Assembly (NCBI GenBank): GCA_048884965.1
Contig: JBHLQH010000001.1
Span: 1-64,000 of the forward strand
Direction: 5' to 3'
Origin: Candidatus Thorarchaeota archaeon
Lineage (GTDB): Archaea; Asgardarchaeota; Thorarchaeia; Thorarchaeales; Thorarchaeaceae
Length of the DNA stretch: 64,000 nucleotides
The first letter of the stretch is position 1. Each line of letters begins with the position of its first letter. A program made the translations under genes and the position numbers. The notes under the pieces were generated by a model that did not search any database, was not told the origin of the DNA, and saw only the letters and a list, made by a program, of their open reading frames with translations. Below are positions 57,122-64,000 of this stretch, in pieces.

Positions 57122-60073
57122 TTGTCTGAACAGCATTCCACCATTGTTGATGAATCAAAGATTATGAAATATCATGCGATGACTTCAGACGAAGTTCTTC
57201 AGGCTTTGTCAGTGAATCCTGAAATAGGTCTCACAGATGAAGAGATTCGGTCACGACAGGCGCAATACGGTCCTAATCAGATTCCGAAAATCAAAGGATC
57301 AATTTGGAAGATCTATATAGCTCCTATTCTTAACTGGCTGATTACAATCTACCTGCTCAGCTCTTTCGCCCTTGTTTTCCTAGCCCTCGCCTTTCCTACA
57401 GATCAATCACAGCTTGGTCAGGCGATATTCTGGCTGGCAATTGTTGCAGTGAATGCTATTGTCGCCATTTTCCAGCAGTATCGCGCACAGAAGAAATTAG
57501 AAGCTTTGGAAAAACTCTCTGCAGGTGATGCAAGAGTACTTCGAAATGGTGAGGAAACAACCATCGACCCTGTAGAAATCGTGCCTGGTGATGTCCTGAA
57601 ACTTGAGCAAGGGGATCGAATCCCTGCGGATGGCAGGATTATTACAAGTTCAAATCTATCAGCAAATGAAGCTTCTCTCACTGGTGAGAGTGTTCCGGTT
57701 GTCAAGAGTGCCTCATCACTTGCAGAAGATGGTGCTCCACTGACAGATATGCATAATATGCTCTTCTTTGGCACATACATTTCCACAGGAGTCGCAAAGG
57801 TTGTTGCCACTACTATTGGTGGATCAACCGAGATAGGGAAGATACAGGGCACCCTTGAGGAGCTAAATACTGGTGATATTCCCTTGAGAAAGAAGGTCAA
57901 TCTACTTGCAAAATATCTAGGGATTGCCGCTTTGGTTTTGATGTTTATTTCCATAACATGGGCAATTTTCTTTAGTCCATTGTTTACGGGTTCTGCAGGC
58001 ATTTCTGAATTCGACGCAATTATTGATACCATTGCAGCAGGGATAACAAAAGCAATGACCATCATGCCAATTAACATCCCTCTCCTAACAACAATTGTTC
58101 TCCTAACTGGCGTTCTGGCAATGGCAAAACGTGGTGTGATTATTCGTGATCTATCGGCAGTAGAAAGTCTAGGTCGGGTTAGTGTGATTTGCTCAGACAA
58201 GACTGGCACAATGACGAAGAATGAGATGATGGTTGAATATATCTGGGATACTGAGCGTCTTTACACTATTACTGGTGATGGATACGAACCTCGTGGGGAA
58301 ATATTGAAGCTGAAAGCAAATGCAAATAGTGAGGATTTGAGCTTGGAAAACGCTTCGCCCCTAGTTGGAGTCGAATCATATGATAATTTGAGGTTACTCC
58401 TTCTTTGTGGAGGGATCAATAATGATTCCGCACTTAGTGTAAAGGAGATTCCCGGTCAGGGCTTATCATATATCCCAATAGGTGATCCAACTGATGCAGC
58501 TCTTCTTACGTTATTCAGAAAGAGTGGTATTGATGAGGTAGAAGCAAAGGAGAAGTATCCCATAGTAATGGACTTTCCATTCGATTCTCAATTGAAGCGG
58601 ATGTCGAAAATCACTGGGTCTGAAACAAAGTATGTTCTATTCACTAAAGGCGCAACAGAGGTAGTGTTACCTCGTTGCACGCATTTCAATAATTCTGGAA
58701 AATCTGCAATCATAAACGATCCCATGATTAAGCAGATCACCACGCTCACTGAAGGTTTTGCATCCAAGGGATATCGAGTAATCTCACTTGCATATCGCTC
58801 GATGGATGATTTGCCATCAACTCATCATTTACGGGATGAGGTGGAGAAGAATCTTGTCTATCTAGGGTTTGCATGCATTGTTGACCCACCCAGAGATGGA
58901 GTCAAGGAAGCTGTGGATGAATGTCACAGTGCGGGAATTAATGTTATTATGATCACTGGTGATGCAGCTGCGACAGCGCAGACGATTGCGAAGAATTTGA
59001 ATATCTATGAGGAAAATTCTATTGCTGTCGAAGGTGGCGAAATTGGTACGCTTTCTGATGATGATTTCGCACGAGTCAATGTATTTGCCCGAGTCAATCC
59101 TGAGCACAAGCAGATAATCGTTGAACGATATCAGGATCAGCGAAAGGTTGTCGCAATGACAGGCGACGGCGTGAATGACGCTCTAGCTCTTGCAATGAGT
59201 GATGCAGGGATTGCGATGGGTATCACAGGGACCGATGTAGCGAAGGAAGCTGCTGATCTTGTAATCACAGATGATAGCTTCTCATCCATCGTCACTGGGG
59301 TTCATGAAGGTCGTGGTCTTTTCAACAAAATTAGAATGATGGTCTTCTTCTATATTGCCATCAACCTTTTCGAATCAGTGATTTTCTTTGGTGCACTTTT
59401 CCTCTTACCAGCAGGGTTCAATATGCTCACATCGTGGCAAAGTCTGCTTCTAGTAGCGACGACCCATTCTTTCCCCGGACTCGCGCTTGTCTTTGACAAA
59501 ACCTCACCAAGGGCAATGGAAGAGAAACCTCGTGATAGTGAGGATATAATAACGCGAAAACTCGCTAAGTTCATGGCAATTGGTGTTTTCCTAATGGTCA
59601 TTGGTGCTGCTATCGTTTACACTCTTGCTTTCAACGCTCAGCCTGGTGACCTCCTCTATGCTGTGCCTGAGAACCTCACTGGGTGGTATAATGAAGCATC
59701 AACTACTTTACCTGATGATTGGACCATTCAAACTGCAAAAGCTACGACTATGTTACTTACAATCATACTGATTTTTGAAAGCACTTTGGTGCTTATTATC
59801 AGAAGAATAAATCTGCCCTTCCACAAGTCAGTTTCTGAACCTGGTATAATCAGGTATGTTGTCTTGCTGGGTTTGATAGTCCTTGCATTCCTACTCTTAA
59901 TGTACGTCCCAGTGGCTCAGGAGATACTTGTAGGAGCCTTACCTGGATTTGAATTCTACTTCCTCCCCCTCACCACACTTGATTGGACGATTTGCATTCT
60001 CGCTACGCTTCCTGCGTTGATTGCACTTGAGGCATACAAAGCATCGTATCGAAGACGAGGAGAGCCACTATAG
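57122..60073 (+). CDS. P-type ATPase (P2-like) with non-canonical ion-binding residues
   Basis: LTGES, CSDKTGT, GDPTD, KGATE, MITGD, TGDGVND; TM4 reads PINIP and TM6 reads TTHSFP; TTG start after GAGGT. Confidence 0.92.
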   Translation: MSEQHSTIVDESKIMKYHAMTSDEVLQALSVNPEIGLTDEEIRSRQAQYGPNQIPKIKGSIWKIYIAPILNWLITIYLLSSFALVFLALAFPTDQSQLGQAIFWLAIVAVNAIVAIFQQYRAQKKLEALEKLSAGDARVLRNGEETTIDPVEIVPGDVLKLEQGDRIPADGRIITSSNLSANEASLTGESVPVVKSASSLAEDGAPLTDMHNMLFFGTYISTGVAKVVATTIGGSTEIGKIQGTLEELNTGDIPLRKKVNLLAKYLGIAALVLMFISITWAIFFSPLFTGSAGISEFDAIIDTIAAGITKAMTIMPINIPLLTTIVLLTGVLAMAKRGVIIRDLSAVESLGRVSVICSDKTGTMTKNEMMVEYIWDTERLYTITGDGYEPRGEILKLKANANSEDLSLENASPLVGVESYDNLRLLLLCGGINNDSALSVKEIPGQGLSYIPIGDPTDAALLTLFRKSGIDEVEAKEKYPIVMDFPFDSQLKRMSKITGSETKYVLFTKGATEVVLPRCTHFNNSGKSAIINDPMIKQITTLTEGFASKGYRVISLAYRSMDDLPSTHHLRDEVEKNLVYLGFACIVDPPRDGVKEAVDECHSAGINVIMITGDAAATAQTIAKNLNIYEENSIAVEGGEIGTLSDDDFARVNVFARVNPEHKQIIVERYQDQRKVVAMTGDGVNDALALAMSDAGIAMGITGTDVAKEAADLVITDDSFSSIVTGVHEGRGLFNKIRMMVFFYIAINLFESVIFFGALFLLPAGFNMLTSWQSLLLVATTHSFPGLALVFDKTSPRAMEEKPRDSEDIITRKLAKFMAIGVFLMVIGAAIVYTLAFNAQPGDLLYAVPENLTGWYNEASTTLPDDWTIQTAKATTMLLTIILIFESTLVLIIRRINLPFHKSVSEPGIIRYVVLLGLIVLAFLLLMYVPVAQEILVGALPGFEFYFLPLTTLDWTICILATLPALIALEAYKASYRRRGEPL

Positions 60074-60090
60074 AGCATTTCAAGGGTAGT

Positions 60091-62046
60091 GTGATGATTC
60101 TGCAATTTGTTCTTCTAGATGATCCATTCTGGCCCCTTCTCATAGCATTGGCAATATTCCTACTTGTCGTTGGAAGCTTCATCAAGCTTCAGACTCGGAA
60201 ACGGGATGGAATGGTCGAGCAAATCAATCAACTACTGCTATCAAGACCATCTGTGTCCTTAACGGAGCTTATTCACCACCTTGACACAAAACGCATGGAC
60301 CGAAAAACTCTGACTGGGCTCATTCAAAGATCCAATGCCGCAATTATGAGTTTCTCGAAGACTTCAGTCATATCTTCAATTCTTCTGAGTGCACGATTAA
60401 AGGAGAATCTCGTGAACAATTCGATTATTTATGTTGACAAGGAAGCCAACCGCTGGGATGTTGCTCCAAATGAGATTGAACGAATTGTGGGGGATATCAG
60501 CCAGCGAGAGGGTCTTGATGTTCTTCTTACTAAAGATGGCGATTATCTACTAGTTCCGGATTTGAAAGATCGAATACGTGAGTCTCTGGAATTACAGGGG
60601 CGAGCTGACATTATCGCTGAATCTCAGAGATTGCGTGTTGATGTTGATGAGTTGGTTCAACTTGTTAGGAGTTGGGGTTGGTATGTTTGGCAATCTTCAG
60701 CAGGTTCCCTCTACTCAGTAAAATGGCTTCTTGATACTCTTGAAAGAAGTGTTGCACGAACCGGATACCTGGATCTTGATACAGAATCCACACGGTTAGA
60801 TTTGACGCCAAATGATATCATGAGGGTTGTTAGTCTCTACAAGTGGGATTTTGTAGAAGCATTTGACAATCGAATAATCCCTGCGCATCTACTTCAAGAG
60901 CAATTGCTATCACGTCTTGAACGATTCGGATCTTTGAACATAAATGAAGAAGCTAACAGATTAAAGATCTCTCCTGAGGGATTACAGCGAGTACTAAAGA
61001 AGCTGGGACTCACTCTTATTACCACGCATGATGGATCCGTTATGACACTTGAGCAGATTAGGCAGGAATTGCTTGATGATGCTGATCTTGCAGGTATTAT
61101 CTCTGCTGAGGAATCTGCTGGAAGACTTGGAATCGAGGAGGGCCTAGCGAGTAGAATTCTTGGGAATCATTCAGGTGTGAGAAAACTAAAGGACGGCCGA
61201 TATGCTTCCTATCGCGCTCTCAGGAGCTACATCTTGGAAGAAGTAAGGAAGACTGGAATCATCTATACAGATAAAATGGAGAAAGATTGGCTAGTGAATC
61301 GAATTGAGCTGGCTGCTCTTTTAAAACGATTTGGACTTAAGATCACTCTTACAAAGTCAGGGAACTACCTCTCGATATCGTGGCTTCGGAGAAGGTTGGG
61401 AGATTCATTACAGGTCGGAGAGGCACTCAATCCAAGTGAGCTGGCACAACGATACGATACTGAGATTAATGTCATCGAATCAATTGTCGCAACCATCCAG
61501 ACAGACACACTGATCGATGGAGAGGGAATGATGATATCTCGGAATGCTCTATACAATGAATTGGAATCCCAATTCCACAATATGGGAATTCTTCGTCCAT
61601 ATACTATTGCATCAGAGAGGGGATTAGACATTGCAGATATCCAGAAGACCCTCCAACCTCTTACATCTGCATCATTTAGGACCGAAGAAGATGCAATGGT
61701 AAGCAAGATTTGGCTTCTGAGGAAGATACAGGAAGCATTGAAGCAGAAAGGTATCTTTGACCTTACGACTCTGTGTGAAGGCATGCAACTGAATTATGAC
61801 ATAGTCCATTCTGAGATTGAATCTCGTTTGTCTGAAGACGACAGGCTACTGGAGAGCTGTGGTGTGATTGTTGCAGCAAAGTGGATCGCTATTCTAAAGA
61901 ATCTCGCAAAGGAGGAGGGCTCTATAGATGTGACAAAGTTTGCCGCCTCTCAAGACATTCCCAAAAAATCTGCACTCTGTGTTCTTCGAGCACTCCTACA
62001 GGGGGTATATCTTCCATCTAATGATAGCTATTTCACAAAGACCTAA
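60091..62046 (+). CDS. N-terminally membrane-anchored protein with about 11 tandem winged-helix repeats (UFL1/DDRGK1-like)
   Basis: TM helix FWPLLIALAIFLLVVGSFI plus KLQTRKR; ~55-aa repeat L...L...G.I.....A.RL.I....I...L......T.DG...S. Confidence 0.7.
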   Translation: MMILQFVLLDDPFWPLLIALAIFLLVVGSFIKLQTRKRDGMVEQINQLLLSRPSVSLTELIHHLDTKRMDRKTLTGLIQRSNAAIMSFSKTSVISSILLSARLKENLVNNSIIYVDKEANRWDVAPNEIERIVGDISQREGLDVLLTKDGDYLLVPDLKDRIRESLELQGRADIIAESQRLRVDVDELVQLVRSWGWYVWQSSAGSLYSVKWLLDTLERSVARTGYLDLDTESTRLDLTPNDIMRVVSLYKWDFVEAFDNRIIPAHLLQEQLLSRLERFGSLNINEEANRLKISPEGLQRVLKKLGLTLITTHDGSVMTLEQIRQELLDDADLAGIISAEESAGRLGIEEGLASRILGNHSGVRKLKDGRYASYRALRSYILEEVRKTGIIYTDKMEKDWLVNRIELAALLKRFGLKITLTKSGNYLSISWLRRRLGDSLQVGEALNPSELAQRYDTEINVIESIVATIQTDTLIDGEGMMISRNALYNELESQFHNMGILRPYTIASERGLDIADIQKTLQPLTSASFRTEEDAMVSKIWLLRKIQEALKQKGIFDLTTLCEGMQLNYDIVHSEIESRLSEDDRLLESCGVIVAAKWIAILKNLAKEEGSIDVTKFAASQDIPKKSALCVLRALLQGVYLPSNDSYFTKT

Positions 62047-62136
62047 TCCGACATATATAATATATATTGATTCAAATTGATATTGGAATCCTATATATTG
62101 TGATGAATATATCTATCAAACTGGAGAGATCCATCA

Positions 62137-62991
62137 TTGGTTAGAACAACAACCTTCAAGATTCGTCAGATGAAAGAGAAAGGCAAAAAGATAGTCATGC
62201 TTACTGCTTATGATACTCCGACCGCTAAAATTCTAAGTGATGTAGGTGTAGACATCATCCTAGTTGGGGATTCAGTAGGCAACTCTTTGTTAGGATATGA
62301 AAGTACCGTCCCTGTTACTCTTGATGACATTATCCATCATTGTGCTGCTGTTTCAAGAGCAAAGCCAAGTAGTCTCATTGTGGGAGATATGCCTTTCATG
62401 AGCTACAAGGTAAGCGTCGAGCAGGCTCTGGCGAACTGCGCCATGATGTTGCAGAAAGGAGGTGCGGAAGCTGTCAAGATCGAAGGTGCAGGGCGAGTTG
62501 TTGATATTGTTTCAGCTGTTGTTGATTCAGGAATTCCTGTGATGGGGCATATCGGTCTTACACCTCAATCCATCTATGAACTAGGAGGATATCGTGTTCA
62601 AGGAAGAACAGCTGATGCAACTGAGAAGCTTGTCGAACAAGCTCTTGCCTTGCAAAATGCAGGTGCATTCTCTCTTGTGATAGAACTGGTTCCAACAGAA
62701 ACAGCAAAAGCAATCACAGAAGCTATTGATATTCCCACTATAGGCATCGGAGCCGGACCTCATTGTGATGGACAGGTGCTAGTTCTTTGGGATATGCTAG
62801 GACTTTTTGAGGACTTCAAGCCTAAGTTTCTCAAGAAATATGCGAATGTAGGAGAGGTCATCCGTACCGCTGTTGCGGATTATTCAAGTGAGGTACGAGA
62901 TGGGACTTTTCCTGCAAAGGAACACAGCTTTGAGATGTCAGAAGAAGAGTCTGGTCGTCTCTACGGACGCGTAAAGCCAAATAAAGAGTAG
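62137..62991 (+). CDS. panB: 3-methyl-2-oxobutanoate hydroxymethyltransferase
   Basis: MLTAYD, ILVGDS, GDMPFMSY, AVKIEG, GHIGLTPQ, IGIGAG..CDGQVLV. Confidence 0.96.
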   Translation: MVRTTTFKIRQMKEKGKKIVMLTAYDTPTAKILSDVGVDIILVGDSVGNSLLGYESTVPVTLDDIIHHCAAVSRAKPSSLIVGDMPFMSYKVSVEQALANCAMMLQKGGAEAVKIEGAGRVVDIVSAVVDSGIPVMGHIGLTPQSIYELGGYRVQGRTADATEKLVEQALALQNAGAFSLVIELVPTETAKAITEAIDIPTIGIGAGPHCDGQVLVLWDMLGLFEDFKPKFLKKYANVGEVIRTAVADYSSEVRDGTFPAKEHSFEMSEEESGRLYGRVKPNKE

Positions 62992-62993
62992 AG

Positions 62994-63013
62994 AGAGTCC
63001 CAAAAAGGACTCT
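62994..63013. terminator. Hairpin between convergent panB and DUF1858 genes
   Basis: AGAGTCC-caaaaa-GGACTCT. Confidence 0.45.
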
Positions 63014-63015
63014 AC

Positions 63016-63222
63016 TTAATTCTCTTTAATGGACTCATTGAGTGCTTCTACAAGCTTATCGGGATCAATACCGTGTGCCAATGCACCTTGCTCAATGTTC
63101 TCATATCTGGCAACTGCGCAGCCATAGCAATGCAAGCCCCATTCCATGAAGGTGCCAGCAGTTTCAGGCCACTTCATTACCACTTCTGCAATCGTATCAG
63201 ATTTCTTAATCGCTTCAGCCAT
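63016..63222 (-). CDS. DUF1858 domain protein (hybrid-cluster-protein-associated redox disulfide domain)
   Basis: TIAEVV..WPET...F...GLHCYGC....ENIEQGA..HGID. Confidence 0.88.
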   Translation of the reverse strand: MAEAIKKSDTIAEVVMKWPETAGTFMEWGLHCYGCAVARYENIEQGALAHGIDPDKLVEALNESIKEN

Positions 63223-63290
63223 AGTAATCAACCTTATTCGGCTTAACTATGTTAAATCGGATATTCTAATCTTTTATACTTTAGGTTGTG

Positions 63291-64000
63291 TCAACCAGCT
63301 TTGATACTATACCGATTGCCTACGCTCCCTTCAACATAGGCTTCTTTCATCTGCACACTCATTTCATGACGCGCTCTCCATCCAGTACAGTGGCATGGGA
63401 CGAGAAGGCTGGGTTCCATGAGTTTCAGGTCACTCACAGTCCTCGAAAGTTTACTTATACCACCGTCCTTTGAAACCTCTGAACCTGCAAGATGAAAACC
63501 ACCAATGATAGCATGAATCCTGTTTTCCCCTGTCAATCGTGATGCTTCTTTTGCTATATTGACGATTCCAGCGTGGCTGCATCCTGATATCACAACTAGT
63601 CCTCTTCCTTTCACCTTTGCGACTAGACTAACGTCTTCCAGGACTTTGCTATCATCTTCCCATTTGCCATCGATCATCATCAGATGTCCCGGTCTTCCTT
63701 CTTCATAGTCTGTAACTCTGGGGATTTCACCTGTTCGTAGAAGCATCCCCCCAGATAGAAGAATAGGATTCGGATTCGAGATAATTATGCCACCAAGCTT
63801 GGAAATCTCCTCTATAGGGAGTATAGGTCTATTCTCGATTATTCTCTCACCTTCCTTCGTCTTCATAGTAGCACCTTTCTTGTAGATCATTCTAGGATGC
63901 AGATACAAAAGTACAGGATGGTGGCAATTCTCTAACACCCATCTTAGTCCTCCATAATGATCATCATGTCCATGTGAGAGGACAATCCCATCAAGTTCAT
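63291..64000 (-). CDS. Metallo-beta-lactamase fold hydrolase, 5'-truncated by the window edge
   Basis: Frame continues to the edge with IVLSHGHDDHYGG (HxHxDH); SGCSHAG, IGGFHL, PCHCTG. Confidence 0.88.
   Translation of the reverse strand, partial: ELDGIVLSHGHDDHYGGLRWVLENCHHPVLLYLHPRMIYKKGATMKTKEGERIIENRPILPIEEISKLGGIIISNPNPILLSGGMLLRTGEIPRVTDYEEGRPGHLMMIDGKWEDDSKVLEDVSLVAKVKGRGLVVISGCSHAGIVNIAKEASRLTGENRIHAIIGGFHLAGSEVSKDGGISKLSRTVSDLKLMEPSLLVPCHCTGWRARHEMSVQMKEAYVEGSVGNRYSIKAG

Noticed and set aside
57418-58209. Long antisense and alternate-frame ORFs (e.g. 57418..58209, 41721..42227, 25683..26195, 31441..31923, 3509..3931)
   Set aside because: Shadow ORFs overlapping well-supported genes, with no recognisable motifs.
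1-64000. Selenoproteins, tRNA/rRNA, CRISPR arrays, transposases or integrases
   Set aside because: I saw no in-frame TGA at a conserved Cys position, no cloverleaf, no regularly spaced direct repeats and no recombinase or transposase motifs.

Overview
A gene-dense archaeal chromosomal segment with about 60 CDS. I infer Asgard archaea, most likely Thorarchaeia, from three kinds of evidence: C-terminally membrane-anchored family-5 solute-binding proteins and tandem Lrp/AsnC regulators; longin-like, PCI-like, LRR, TPR and ankyrin proteins; and GGTGA/GGAGG ribosome-binding sites. I found no rRNA, tRNA, CRISPR array or transposase. Housekeeping and metabolic content: PccB-type carboxyltransferase, pyruvate/oxaloacetate carboxyltransferase plus biotin carrier, thiolase-like protein plus DUF35, acyl-CoA dehydrogenase, a LeuB/C/D-family operon, PurH, PanB, EndoV, SRAP, a GH36, an MFS transporter and a P-type ATPase. 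Most notable observations: (1) a roughly 1840-aa surface protein with two FG-GAP beta-propellers and Ig-like repeats, ending in a seven-TM module with GPCR topology and no catalytic tail; (2) a membrane-anchored protein of about 11 winged-helix repeats resembling UFL1/DDRGK1, apparently co-transcribed with a P2-like ATPase whose ion-binding residues are changed; (3) an unidentified, heavily base-paired intergenic element of about 330 nt at 30.5-30.85 kb, plus smaller structured elements at 40.5 and 54.8 kb; (4) a carboxyltransferase fused to an epsilon/delta-type docking tail, suggesting an ATP-independent transcarboxylase; (5) a subtilase with a site-1-protease-like architecture. All family assignments come from recognising motifs by eye; no database search or folding program was run. 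Several start codons were moved downstream of the ORF-track start where an RBS-like motif or domain boundary supported it.
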